The position numbers and the translations under genes were made by a program. Under the pieces are notes generated by a model. The model was not told where the DNA came from. It worked only from the letters and a program-made list of their open reading frames with translations, and ran no database searches. 64,000 bases of DNA from Spirochaetia bacterium (GTDB lineage: Bacteria > Spirochaetota > Spirochaetia > CADAEX01), in assembly GCA_963662795.1 (NCBI GenBank), contig OY759746.1:1696001-1760000 (forward strand). The letters are read 5' to 3'. Positions 10,046 through 19,920 of this stretch are shown here, piece after piece. Positions within the stretch are counted from its first letter, which is position 1. The number at the start of each line of letters is the position of its first letter.

Positions 10046-11238
10046 GAGCATTTTATGTAGAAGCGGACTGGGCGCCCAAGAAAGATTATGTCCTTTCCAG
10101 AAGAGAAGAGGAAACACACAGGTCTGCCAGGGGAAACTCAATCTGGAAAAATATCCGTGGATCTGTAATAGACAGGCCTGAGCCTGTGGCCGGAGATGAA
10201 GAGGTTCTTTTGAAAGTGGGAGCTGCGGGTATTTGCGGTACAGATGCACATCTTCTCCAAATGGATGAGGATGGTTATACAAAATATGATGGACATTCCA
10301 AATACCCGATTATTACTGGACATGAATTTTCAGGTGAAGTAGTCTCGACAGGAAAAAATGTAAAAACTTTAAGAATCGGTGATCTGGTAAGCGTTGAGTC
10401 AATGCACTGGTGCGGCGAATGCGATCCCTGCCGTACCGGCATGTTCAATCAGTGTCAGATGCTTGAAGAGCCGGGCCTTACCTATGACGGCGGATTTGCG
10501 GAATATGTTACTGTAAAAGCGAAGTACTGTTATTTACTGAATGATATCATGAATCTCTACGGGGATAAAATGTCAGCACTGGAGCTTGGATCGATGATTG
10601 AGCCGACAGGTGTGGCATATAACGGATTGTTTGTGAGGGCCGGAGGGGTAAGACCGGGCGGACATACTGTTGTTTTCGGCGGCGGACCGGTAGGACTTGC
10701 TGCTGTTGCTCTTATGAAAACCAGCGGAGCCGGAAAACTGATCTGCTTCGAAACAACTCCTGAAAGAAGGGCTTTGGCAAAAAAAATGGGGGCAGATTAT
10801 GTTTATGATCCGATTGAACTTTCCAATAAATCAGTAAATCCATCGGAATTGCTTATGGATCTGACAAACGGCCGCGGTATATCTCTTTTTGCTGAATGTT
10901 CAGGAGCTACCAATGCGACATACCCTGTAATGGCAGGTTCTATGGCTATCGGCGGAAAAATTGTGCAGATTGGGCATTCAATAGGCAAGACAAGTATTGA
11001 TTTATATCCGATCCAGTTCAATGCCGGTATGCTGTGCGGGTCAAATGGACAATCCGGCCAGGGTATATACACAGATGTAATCGCTTTAATGGCAAGCGGC
11101 CGCATTGATATGAGAAAAATGGTTACATCAAGGGTCCCTCTGGAAAACATTATGGATGGAATGGCTCTTGCCGGTAATCGTGTAGCAGGAAAAGTTCTTG
11201 TCAGTACACAGTATAAAAAAATAGAGCATGTTAAGTAA
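10042..11238 (+). CDS. iolM: scyllo-inosose 3-dehydrogenase (Zn-dependent)
   Basis: N-terminal ADWAPK...W extension typical of IolM, GICGTD, DEDGY insertion, GHEFSG, CGECDPC...C, GSNGQSG. Confidence 0.85.
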   Translation: MRAFYVEADWAPKKDYVLSRREEETHRSARGNSIWKNIRGSVIDRPEPVAGDEEVLLKVGAAGICGTDAHLLQMDEDGYTKYDGHSKYPIITGHEFSGEVVSTGKNVKTLRIGDLVSVESMHWCGECDPCRTGMFNQCQMLEEPGLTYDGGFAEYVTVKAKYCYLLNDIMNLYGDKMSALELGSMIEPTGVAYNGLFVRAGGVRPGGHTVVFGGGPVGLAAVALMKTSGAGKLICFETTPERRALAKKMGADYVYDPIELSNKSVNPSELLMDLTNGRGISLFAECSGATNATYPVMAGSMAIGGKIVQIGHSIGKTSIDLYPIQFNAGMLCGSNGQSGQGIYTDVIALMASGRIDMRKMVTSRVPLENIMDGMALAGNRVAGKVLVSTQYKKIEHVK

Positions 11239-11255
11239 TAGAGGAGAAAAATAAT

Positions 11256-12311
11256 ATGAAAGCTAAAATTGCTTTTCTATACGGTCCGAAGGATTTAAGG
11301 GTTGAAGAAGTGGATCTTCCCGCATTGAGGGATGATCAGGTCTTGATTAAAATGCATGCTGTCGGTATTTGCGGGTCTGATGTTGAATGCTTCGAAGGGG
11401 CATCTGCCGAAGGCCGATATGATATTGCTCCCTATACGCCGGGGCATGAATGGGCGGGAGAGGTAGTCGAGACAGGAAGCAAGGTAACGAGCGTAAAGAA
11501 AGGGATGAAAGTTACCGGTGACTGTGTTATGGCCTGCGGTAAATGTGAAAACTGTAAAAACGGACTTATGCCTTCGGCATGTCTTAATATGCGCGAACTG
11601 GGGTTCAGGCCTGATTCCCCCGGAGCAATGGGTGAATATATGATTCTGGAAGAACAGTATACCCATCCGATTCCTGATGACTGGGATTATGAGCTTGGAG
11701 CCTGGGTTGAAACTTTTTCAGTCGGCTATTGGGGGGTATGGGGAAATGGAGGATATCTTGATGCAAGTGATGATGTTGTTGTATTGGGGGCCGGACCGAT
11801 TGGCCTCTCTGCGACCATGACTGCAAAGGCGTCAAATGCCATGGTTATTGTTGTTGATCCCCTGGCAAGCCGCCGGGAAACAGCGCTGAAATATGGTGCA
11901 GATCATGTTGTGGATCCGTCCGACGGAAAAGTAGTTGAATCAATAAATAAACTGACAAACGGGAAAGGACCCTCTGTGCTTGTTGAATGCTCGGGTAATG
12001 ACAAAGGTATTGCCTCAGTCTTTGATATTGCCGGCCATAGCTGCCGTGTCGGATTTATCGGACACTCGATAGGCCGGAAGGTTTCAGCTGAACTTGGAAA
12101 GGTTATCTGGAAAAACTTAAGGATAGTCGGATCAGGCGGAACAAAAACCTTTATGCCGAGGACAATAAAATTCTTAAGCAGAATTAAGGACAACTATGAC
12201 TTTAAGGCCTTGAATACTCACAGATTCAAATTTGCCGATATTCACAAGGCATTTGATGTCGCATGTCATGATAAGGCTAACGCAAGAAAAGTAATGATTA
12301 AATTTGATTAA
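11256..12311 (+). CDS. Zn-dependent polyol/sugar-acid dehydrogenase (MDR family)
   Basis: GICGSD, GHE, CGKCENC...C, GAGPIG. Confidence 0.88.
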   Translation: MKAKIAFLYGPKDLRVEEVDLPALRDDQVLIKMHAVGICGSDVECFEGASAEGRYDIAPYTPGHEWAGEVVETGSKVTSVKKGMKVTGDCVMACGKCENCKNGLMPSACLNMRELGFRPDSPGAMGEYMILEEQYTHPIPDDWDYELGAWVETFSVGYWGVWGNGGYLDASDDVVVLGAGPIGLSATMTAKASNAMVIVVDPLASRRETALKYGADHVVDPSDGKVVESINKLTNGKGPSVLVECSGNDKGIASVFDIAGHSCRVGFIGHSIGRKVSAELGKVIWKNLRIVGSGGTKTFMPRTIKFLSRIKDNYDFKALNTHRFKFADIHKAFDVACHDKANARKVMIKFD

Positions 12312-12317
12312 TTATTG

Positions 12318-12343
12318 AAAAAGGGGGGAATGACCCCCCTTTT
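12318..12343. terminator. Bidirectional intrinsic terminator between convergent genes
   Basis: AAAAAGGGGGG-AATGA-CCCCCCTTTT. Confidence 0.75.
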
Positions 12344-12417
12344 AAATTTTAAGATGAAAGGAATGCGTATTCCCGGCGGCAGTTACAATCATCAGGTGAT
12401 TGCAGTTGAACAGGTAA

Positions 12418-13074
12418 TTACTGTTTTACTTTTATCCATTGTTCGAGCTGATGTTTTTTACTGGTACGCGAATGTTTTCTCATCGATTTTTCCGCACCGC
12501 TGACATCTTTCTTAAGAATGCATTCGAATATTAAATTATGCTGATCAAGTGATTCATGTGCCCAGTCATCCGTGTAATTTGTCAAATTGATTATTCGTCT
12601 TATATGATCAAATATGGAAATTAAAATACTTTGCAGGAGTTCATTTTTTGATTCTTCAATTATAAATTTATGGAAAACCAGATCAACATTTAAAGCCTCT
12701 TCATACTGCTTCTGGTTTATGGCAGCCATGAGGTTCATGTGAATCTTTTTGATTGTTTCAATTTGCTGATCGTTTATTGACTGGGTAAATGAACGTACTG
12801 CAAGGGCTTCAAGCATTTCTCTGATATCATAGATTTGTGATACCTGCTCAAAGGTAACCATGGAAACAAAGGCGCCGTAATCAGGTTTCAGTTCTACAAA
12901 ATGATCGTTGTAGAGTTTTCGTAATGCTTCCCTGATGGGGGTTCTGCTTGCATTAAGCAAAACACACAATTTCCTTTCTGAAAGGGGAGCTCCCTGTTTG
13001 AGTTTATTCGTGATTATCATTTCTTTAAGCTCACGAAACAGCTTATCTGATATTACTTCTTTTTTTTCAAACAT
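12418..13074 (-). CDS. GntR family regulator (FCD domain)
   Basis: SERKLCVLLNASRTPIREAL wHTH, IREMLE, FH..I, H..I FCD motifs. Start taken at MFEKKE (13074) because the longer ORF overlaps its own promoter. Confidence 0.9.
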   Translation of the reverse strand: MFEKKEVISDKLFRELKEMIITNKLKQGAPLSERKLCVLLNASRTPIREALRKLYNDHFVELKPDYGAFVSMVTFEQVSQIYDIREMLEALAVRSFTQSINDQQIETIKKIHMNLMAAINQKQYEEALNVDLVFHKFIIEESKNELLQSILISIFDHIRRIINLTNYTDDWAHESLDQHNLIFECILKKDVSGAEKSMRKHSRTSKKHQLEQWIKVKQ

Positions 13075-13109
13075 AATATGATAACCCGATGTTTTCTTTG
13101 TTTTAACTA

Positions 13110-13148
13110 TATGCCATTTGTATACCATAAATTATGTACAAACGTCAA
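13110..13148 (-). promoter_or_regulatory. gntR promoter with candidate autoregulatory operator
   Basis: Minus strand TTGACG (13148-13143), then GGTATACAAATGGCATA (13126-13110), 15/17 identical to 7029-7045. Confidence 0.68.
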
Positions 13149-13348
13149 TTATTTATAAATCATTATCCTTGAAGAGAGGGCCTGAATATCAGGACAAAGG
13201 TTTTTGAATTTATATTCCATAAACAGGGCTTGCAAAATTAAAGTAAAAAAACAAGAATATCGTTAACAAATTAAAAATTATCTGTTGTGCAGAATCATCC
13301 GCACAAATGCTGAAAAAGCAAGAACCATTGGAGTGAAAAAAAAGCACA

Positions 13349-14731
13349 GTGAAAAAAAATTTAACCCCGGGTGAGAAAAACATAAGGCATTATTTTAATT
13401 ACGCTTTCTACAACGGGTTCGGAGCCGGGTTTATTGCAAAAGGGCCTGTTATGCTGCTTGCCCTTTACTTCGGTGCATCCAATATTCAGCTCGGGTATCT
13501 TTCCTCCATAATCCACAGCGCAGGTATTTCCCTGCTTCTCCTTCCTGTTATTTTCGGCGGGAAAAATACCGTAAGGGTACATGCGACCATCTGGGTTGTC
13601 CGGGGTATGATATGCATGCTCTATTTTATTCTCCCTTTTGTCGATAAAGGATTTGCCGTATATACGATCATGATTGTATATACCATTTATTGTTTTGCCA
13701 GGGAAATAGGAAGTGTTTTAAATCAGATTACAAGAAAATACATTTCTTCTGCAGATAACACCGGAGAAATTATCGGACTGAGCTCTGTCAGGTTTCACAG
13801 GTCTTCGCTTATCGCACGGGCGGCTTCTTTTTTCTTTACCTCGGTTGAGAAAATCGGAACGCTTACCGCGCTCCTTGTTCTGCAGTTTGTCGGGATAATT
13901 GCAAACACCGCCGCAGCGATGCAGCTTTTTAAACTTAGGTGCCCGGAGAGGATTGAGCCTTATTCAGGCAGAAATATGCTTGATATCCTTAAAGAGTCTG
14001 TCCTCGACAGGGAAAAAAGACTGATTCTGATCCTTAAATGGCTGATCCTCTCTGCCGACATAATGATGGGACTTCTTGTCGCATTTTACAGCAGGGAACT
14101 GCTTTTTGAGACAAATCTTGTTTTCGCTTTTTTAATTCTGCAGAGTTTTGCTGCCATTGCCGCCGCAAAATCGCTTGCCGTGTTCAGTGACAGGACAGGA
14201 AGCTCTCCCCTTATTCTCTTTTCCTCTTCCTCGCTTGCCTGCCTTTCAATACTGTGGATCTTTATATCATCAGGCATTATTTTCCCTCTGTTACTTGGGT
14301 TCATAACCTGTTTCTTTCTTCATTTCAACAACTACCTTGTTATGAGGCTTATAATTAACAAAATGCTTCCCGGAAAGGAAGTTACTTTCATGTCAATGAT
14401 AAATTTTACGGCATCGTTTTTTTCCTTTTTTATCGGCCTTTACAGCGGAGCATTGATAGATCTTTACGATCATTTCTTTCACGGAGCGGGGAACAGTTTT
14501 TCCTTTGTTTTTATTTCAACAGCGGTTATTTCGGTTGTCAATGCGGTGCTTGCTTTAAAACTCTTAAGGATGAAAACGGAAAACCGGGCAGCCGGTTCAG
14601 GTCCACGGAATAGAGCATATGGATTTTCACGGAATGCGGAAGTATCGCCGGAATTGAATGATTCCTCTGCAATTATAAAAAAGAAAAAAAGCCGTAATGT
14701 TGAGTGGTGGGAGCTTACCGGGTACCTTTAA
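13349..14731 (+). CDS. MFS-type membrane transporter
   Basis: About 12 hydrophobic segments, GASNIQLG and SDRTGS loop motifs. Confidence 0.7.
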   Translation: MKKNLTPGEKNIRHYFNYAFYNGFGAGFIAKGPVMLLALYFGASNIQLGYLSSIIHSAGISLLLLPVIFGGKNTVRVHATIWVVRGMICMLYFILPFVDKGFAVYTIMIVYTIYCFAREIGSVLNQITRKYISSADNTGEIIGLSSVRFHRSSLIARAASFFFTSVEKIGTLTALLVLQFVGIIANTAAAMQLFKLRCPERIEPYSGRNMLDILKESVLDREKRLILILKWLILSADIMMGLLVAFYSRELLFETNLVFAFLILQSFAAIAAAKSLAVFSDRTGSSPLILFSSSSLACLSILWIFISSGIIFPLLLGFITCFFLHFNNYLVMRLIINKMLPGKEVTFMSMINFTASFFSFFIGLYSGALIDLYDHFFHGAGNSFSFVFISTAVISVVNAVLALKLLRMKTENRAAGSGPRNRAYGFSRNAEVSPELNDSSAIIKKKKSRNVEWWELTGYL

Positions 14732-14735
14732 ACCA

Positions 14736-14760
14736 GCCCTTTTTTGAAGGGGAAAGGGGC
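14736..14760. terminator. Probable stem-loop between convergent genes
   Basis: GCCCTTTTTT-GAAG-GGGAAAGGGGC imperfect hairpin. Confidence 0.4.
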
Positions 14761-14766
14761 GCAGTT

Positions 14767-15594
14767 CTAAAGTTTTGAAAGCCAGTTAATTACTAATTTT
14801 TCAAATAATTTTTCCTGCTCTATCTGAAGCATGTGTCCCGCGCTGTCCAGAATCACGAAATCTGCCCTCGGATAGTTTTCTATCAGGACAAGGGCGTCCC
14901 TGTAGCCGACTGCCGTATCCTGCCTGCCGGTAATAATGAGGACAGGCTTTCTGAAAGGAGTCCGCTGGACATCAGCATTTTCCCGTAACGGATAGCCGTA
15001 TCTTTTAATTTTTTTGAGCAGTGAAATATCAGCCTTTCTTACACCGCATCTTACCTCGTTTATATACCGCTCCCAGTTTTCCCTGCTCTGGATGGTCAGC
15101 ATGTTGTTGCATGTGTCCTGGTCGTTGGCTGAAAGTGTGTTATAAAAATCAGCATCCCTGTAAAGGATGTTCCTGAAAGGGAGGTCCCGTTCTTCCGGCA
15201 GAGGCACTGTAACCGGGCAGAGCATCATTATCCCCCCGATCCTGTCCTGATGTTTTTTGACAAGCGCCTGCGCGATGTAAGAGCCGTAGGATTCAGAAGC
15301 AATGTAAAAACTCTCTTCCTGTATTGTTTTTCTGATAAAGGCATCGACTATATCTACAATATCATCAGTTGTTGAAATCTCTTTTTTAAGAACCGTGCTG
15401 CCCATCCCCGGCAGATCGAAATAAATTCGTTTAAACTTTTCAGCTTTTCCGGATGTTCCCTGTGATGTGAACATCCTTTCCATGCAGCCGCTCATCAGCC
15501 TGTGGTCGCACCAGTTGCCGTGAATCATGAGCAGGGGCTTACCGCTGCCAATAACTTCTGTATAAACTTCTGCCTGCTCAAGCTTCACAAACAT
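14767..15594 (-). CDS. Alpha/beta fold hydrolase
   Basis: IHG, DLPGMG, nucleophile elbow SESYG, GRQD, AGH. Confidence 0.88.
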   Translation of the reverse strand: MFVKLEQAEVYTEVIGSGKPLLMIHGNWCDHRLMSGCMERMFTSQGTSGKAEKFKRIYFDLPGMGSTVLKKEISTTDDIVDIVDAFIRKTIQEESFYIASESYGSYIAQALVKKHQDRIGGIMMLCPVTVPLPEERDLPFRNILYRDADFYNTLSANDQDTCNNMLTIQSRENWERYINEVRCGVRKADISLLKKIKRYGYPLRENADVQRTPFRKPVLIITGRQDTAVGYRDALVLIENYPRADFVILDSAGHMLQIEQEKLFEKLVINWLSKL

Positions 15595-15600
15595 GACGTG

Positions 15601-15948
15601 TTATTTATCGCCTTCTTCCGGTACAATACAGATAAATGAGAGGTTTCCGCTTCCTGTATTTGTAAACTGGTGTTCCTCACCGGCAGGTATATATGCAGTA
15701 TCGCCTGCCTTGACCGGATTTTCCTTTCCATCAAGGTAGAGGTTTCCGCTTCCTTCTATTACATAATTTACATGGGGCCAGTCATGTATGTGTCTGGGCG
15801 AGAATCCGTCCTTCCCGAGGGTGAAAATCCTCATTACCCAGCCGTCCCAGCCCTGCTGCGGTGAAATTGCAACCTGTTTTGTCACGTTTTTAAGACCCGG
15901 AGCTTTAAGCGGGATTTTCTTCATATCGCTGTTTTTAAGTATTGGCAT
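15601..15948 (-). CDS. Cupin domain protein
   Basis: HIHDWPH...YVIEG and GDTAYIPAGEEH cupin motifs. Confidence 0.88.
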   Translation of the reverse strand: MPILKNSDMKKIPLKAPGLKNVTKQVAISPQQGWDGWVMRIFTLGKDGFSPRHIHDWPHVNYVIEGSGNLYLDGKENPVKAGDTAYIPAGEEHQFTNTGSGNLSFICIVPEEGDK

Positions 15949-16047
15949 TTTTTCTCCCTTATCATCAAGATATTAGCATTTTTCATACTTTATAAGTATT
16001 ATTAAACAAGATTTCATCATTCTTCAAGTGAAGATGGCAAAAATTCC

Positions 16048-16101
16048 TTGACAAAATAAAGCATACAGACATAAAATAGTACAGTCTAATTGTCATACAA
16101 T
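16048..16101 (+). promoter_or_regulatory. Promoter plus FadR-type operator (site 1)
   Basis: TTGACA 16048-16053, TAAAAT 16072-16077, palindrome ATTGTCATACAAT 16089-16101. Confidence 0.75.
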
Positions 16102-16129
16102 AAGAAAATCAATAATATGGGGGAATTCG

Positions 16130-17197
16130 ATGAATGTACCTGAAAAAATGAAGGCTGCGGTTCTTTTTGACTGGAATGACGTAAGAGTGGTCGAAAGGCC
16201 TGTTCCGTCACCCGGTGCGGATGAAGTTCTGATTAAAGTTGAGTCTTGTTCTATATGCGGCGGCGACGTGAAAATAATAACAAGGGGAATGCTTAAACAG
16301 CCTCCCATGGGAGATTTCATCATCGGACATGAATATGCCGGGATTATAGTGAAGAAAGGATCTTCAGTTGATGAGTTTAATATCGGAGACAGGGTAACGG
16401 TTGAGGTTCACAAGGGCTGCGGAAGATGCAAGAACTGTCTCGACGGAAAGCAGACTGCCTGTTTAAACTACGGCAATAAGGAGAAGGGGCATATTGCCAA
16501 CGGTTTTACAACAAACGGCGGTTTTGCCGAATATGCGGTGAATCATGTCAATACAGTAAGTCTTATCCCTGATAATATTTCATTTGACGAGGCTACCATG
16601 ATTACGACCATTGGTACGCCTCTTTTCGGTATTTCACGGAACGGCGGATTTATTGCAGGTGATTCAGTCCTTGTAATAGGGCCCGGTTCCATTGGCCTGA
16701 TGGCTGTTCAGTGCGCAAAAGCGCTCGGCGCCGGAAAAGTAATACTTGCCGGAACCAGAAAGGAAAGACTGGCCCTTGGGAAAAAACTCGGGGCGGAATA
16801 CACAGTCAATGTGAGAGAGGAAGATGCAATCGCATATGTCAAATCCCTTACGGGCGGACACGGCGCAGACCTTGTTCTTATTGCTTCCGGTACAACAGAT
16901 GCATTCCAGCTTGCCTTAAGGACAGTAAGAAAAGGGGGAGATATAACAATTCTCGCCCATTTTGAGGATCCTGTCACTATTGATGTAGGGCTTGCTGTTC
17001 AGAATATGAACAACATTTTTACCATCAGGGGCGAAGGCCGCCAGTGTGTTCACAGGGGACTTGAGCTTATGAGAGAAGGTAAGGTCAGCGGCAAGGAAAT
17101 TATTACCCACTCATTCAGGCTTGATCAGATAAAGGAAGCTTTTGAAGTATTTATGGGAAGAAAAGAAGGCGCCATCAAGGTTGTAGTTCATCCATAA
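16130..17197 (+). CDS. Zn-dependent dehydrogenase, paralog set A
   Basis: ICGGD, GHEY, CGRCKNC...C, GHIANGFTTNGG, GPGSIG, FTIRGEG. Confidence 0.9.
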   Translation: MNVPEKMKAAVLFDWNDVRVVERPVPSPGADEVLIKVESCSICGGDVKIITRGMLKQPPMGDFIIGHEYAGIIVKKGSSVDEFNIGDRVTVEVHKGCGRCKNCLDGKQTACLNYGNKEKGHIANGFTTNGGFAEYAVNHVNTVSLIPDNISFDEATMITTIGTPLFGISRNGGFIAGDSVLVIGPGSIGLMAVQCAKALGAGKVILAGTRKERLALGKKLGAEYTVNVREEDAIAYVKSLTGGHGADLVLIASGTTDAFQLALRTVRKGGDITILAHFEDPVTIDVGLAVQNMNNIFTIRGEGRQCVHRGLELMREGKVSGKEIITHSFRLDQIKEAFEVFMGRKEGAIKVVVHP

Positions 17198-17239
17198 CCG
17201 TCGGATTAAAAAATTTATTATTATTCAGGAGTAAAAAAC

Positions 17240-18160
17240 ATGAGTGATATTTATAGATATATGGATCTTGGTATAGTTCATTTTAAGGCTTTCCCTGAGA
17301 TTGTTGACGGCGGCGGTGCGATTATCGATTCGCTGAAAAAACTTGTCGAAGATGAATTCTGGACTGCTGTAGAGATAGGCTGGATCAAGGATGATAAGAA
17401 AAGAAGCGAAGTCAGAAAACTTCTTGAAATATCGGCCATGAAAGTATGTTATGCCTGCCAGCCGAGGGTATTATCCCAGAAACTTAATTTAAACTCTTTT
17501 GACAAGGCGGAAAGGCGCAAGGCAATTGAGGGTGTGAAAAAAGGTATTGATGAGGCATACCATATCGGTGCGACATCAATCCGCGTACTTTCCGGAAAAG
17601 ACCCGGGAGATGAAAAACGGGAAGAGGCAAAAAAGATTTTTGTTGATTCTCTGTCGGAACTGTGTGAATACAACCGTGACTTTGGCGATGCAATGCTTTA
17701 TATGAAAATTTTTGACAGGGATATTGATAAAAAGGCCCTGATCGGACATTTCAGTGACGCGGCAGATGTAGCGGAAGCGGTTTACTCGAAATACAAAAAC
17801 TTCGGAGTGCTTGCAGATCTTTCCCATTTTCCTCTTTTGAGGGAAAAACCCGAAGAAGCAATTCCTCTTGTTGAGAAATTCCCTATGCATTTTCATCTCG
17901 GCAATTGTATAATGAGAGACCGAAAACATCCCCTGTACGGAGATCTTCAGCCCAGGTTCGGAATTCCCGGCGGCGAGACTGATGTTAAAGAGGTTGCGGA
18001 CTTTTTCAGGCTTCTGCTTAAGAGGAAGCTTGTTTCTCCCGAAAAACGCCCTGTTGTAAGTGTAGAGGTGAGGCCGCTATTGATGGAAGAATACTCCGAA
18101 GCCATTATTGCACAGGCAAAAAGGGTAATTAAGCTTGCATGGGCGGCAGCACAGGAATAA
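17240..18160 (+). CDS. Sugar-phosphate isomerase/epimerase-like TIM-barrel protein
   Basis: AP-endonuclease-2/xylose-isomerase-like pattern: DLSHFPL, HFHLGN, YGD..PRFG, SVEVRP. Confidence 0.75.
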   Translation: MSDIYRYMDLGIVHFKAFPEIVDGGGAIIDSLKKLVEDEFWTAVEIGWIKDDKKRSEVRKLLEISAMKVCYACQPRVLSQKLNLNSFDKAERRKAIEGVKKGIDEAYHIGATSIRVLSGKDPGDEKREEAKKIFVDSLSELCEYNRDFGDAMLYMKIFDRDIDKKALIGHFSDAADVAEAVYSKYKNFGVLADLSHFPLLREKPEEAIPLVEKFPMHFHLGNCIMRDRKHPLYGDLQPRFGIPGGETDVKEVADFFRLLLKRKLVSPEKRPVVSVEVRPLLMEEYSEAIIAQAKRVIKLAWAAAQE

Positions 18161-18261
18161 AAATATTAAGATACCCTTAAATAAACAGAAATTTATGTTT
18201 ATAATAAATAGAAGATAAGCAATATATAAATATTACAATAAACTAACAAAGGAGTTTTTTA

Positions 18262-19260
18262 ATGAAAAATTTTATGAAAATAACAGTTGCAGCAGTTTTA
18301 TTGATTGCATCTGTTTCCTTCGTTTTCGCGGCAGGCGGTAGTGAAGCTGCGTCTGAAGCTGCAGAAACAAGTGTTAAGTTTCCTGAAAAGCCGATAAGCT
18401 TTCTTATCCCGTTCGGAGCAGGCGGAGATGCCGACCTTCTCGGAAGGGCACTTGTAAGTTCAATGGATAAGATAGTAGGCCAGCCGGTTGTTCCTGTAAA
18501 CAGGCCTGGCGCGGGCGGCGGTATAATGTACGGCGAACTTCACAAAGCAGCACCGGACGGATACACAGCCGGATGGAGCTCTACTTCAATTCTTACGACA
18601 ACTATCATGGGCAATGTTCCTTTCCCCTATACCGATTTTGAAAATCTCTGTGTTGTTGGATATACATCCATGCCGATTGCAGTTCTTGCAGACTCACCGT
18701 GGAAAACCACAGATGAACTTGTCGCATGGGCAAAAAAGAACCCCGGCAAGCTTAAAATCGGTAACGCCGGTACAGGAAGCGGAACACACCTTACAGCGGT
18801 AATGTTTCAGCAGGCAACAGGTGTTCAGGCAATCCATGTTCCGCTTGGGGCAGAAAGAAGAATTGCAAGCCTCCTCGGAGGAGAAGTTGAAGCTGTATGC
18901 GTACCTCTTCCTGAAATTGCTCCCCAGGTAAATGCCGGCAAAGCAAGAATCCTCGGAGTATCAACTGCAAAAAGAGATCCGTCATTTCCCGATGTTCCTT
19001 CATTTAAAGAACAGGGCTATGATGTTGTAATGGACCTTTTCAGGGGTGTAAGTCTTCCCAAGGGAACAGACCCTGCTGTCGTAGCCATTCTCGAAAAAGC
19101 TTTCAAGGCTGCTTCAGAGAGCAAGGAATTCCAGGACCTTTCAAACAAAACCGGTTTTGTTGTTGATTTCAAGGGCAAGGCTGATTTTGAAGTAGTCCTC
19201 GCTGATCAGTATAAGAGAGTTTACGCCGCAATGGATGCCGGCGGGTTGATTAAAAAATAA
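18262..19260 (+). CDS. tctC: Tripartite tricarboxylate transporter substrate-binding protein
   Basis: FPEKPI..IPFGAGGDAD, NRPGAGG, PDGYT, GTGSGTH. Confidence 0.92.
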   Translation: MKNFMKITVAAVLLIASVSFVFAAGGSEAASEAAETSVKFPEKPISFLIPFGAGGDADLLGRALVSSMDKIVGQPVVPVNRPGAGGGIMYGELHKAAPDGYTAGWSSTSILTTTIMGNVPFPYTDFENLCVVGYTSMPIAVLADSPWKTTDELVAWAKKNPGKLKIGNAGTGSGTHLTAVMFQQATGVQAIHVPLGAERRIASLLGGEVEAVCVPLPEIAPQVNAGKARILGVSTAKRDPSFPDVPSFKEQGYDVVMDLFRGVSLPKGTDPAVVAILEKAFKAASESKEFQDLSNKTGFVVDFKGKADFEVVLADQYKRVYAAMDAGGLIKK

Positions 19261-19276
19261 TAACCACAATAAATAA

Positions 19277-19329
19277 TTCCGGTTTCAGCACTGTTTAAGC
19301 TTTAAGCTGCCGCAGTGCCGGGCCGGGGA
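19277..19329 (+). terminator. Long stem-loop after tctC
   Basis: TTCCGGTTTCAGCACTG...CAGTGCCGGGCCGGGGA imperfect inverted repeat. Confidence 0.5.
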
Positions 19330-19400
19330 TATTTCAGGTTTATGTCATACAGGCTGAAAAATGCAGTTTTCTTTAAACAGCTTTATATCGGATTATAATA

Positions 19401-19856
19401 ATGAAAAAAATTAATATTATCTTGTCTGCCGTTATTTACCTCTTCGCAATCTTTTATTTCTGGCAGATTCTTATGCTTCCTGACAGAAACATGCCGGGAA
19501 CTTTAAAAAGCAGTTTTATGCCTACCCTGCTTTTTGTATTATTGATGATAGTAAACACAGTTTTCCTTGTTGTTTCTTTAGTCAAACCGTGTCTTGAGAA
19601 ATGTGATTATTTTATACATAAATACGAAATATTGGGTATTTTAAAGGTTGTTTCTCTTATCATCGGCTATATCTTTATGATGCGAATTGTAGGATTTGCC
19701 ATAATCACCCCTGTTATTGTTTTTCTTCTCATGAAAATGATGGGGGCGGTAAAATTAAAAGAGATGATCCTTACGTCTGTCCTGGTCTCTGCGTCAGTAT
19801 ATTTGTTGTTTGTCGTTGTTTTCAGGGTGCAGCTGCCTGGCGGAATGATCATATAG
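19401..19856 (+). CDS. tctB: TTT small membrane subunit
   Basis: 151 aa, four TM segments, C-terminal VFRVQLPGG; between tctC and tctA. Confidence 0.85.
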   Translation: MKKINIILSAVIYLFAIFYFWQILMLPDRNMPGTLKSSFMPTLLFVLLMIVNTVFLVVSLVKPCLEKCDYFIHKYEILGILKVVSLIIGYIFMMRIVGFAIITPVIVFLLMKMMGAVKLKEMILTSVLVSASVYLLFVVVFRVQLPGGMII

Positions 19857-19920
19857 ATAATAATCATATAAATATTTCTGTATGATTATTCCGAATACAA
19901 ATTAATTTAGGTGATAATAC

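Noticed and set aside
12315-12503. 62-aa ORF after the Zn dehydrogenase
   Set aside because: It starts at the terminator hairpin and overlaps the 3' end of gntR on the opposite strand.
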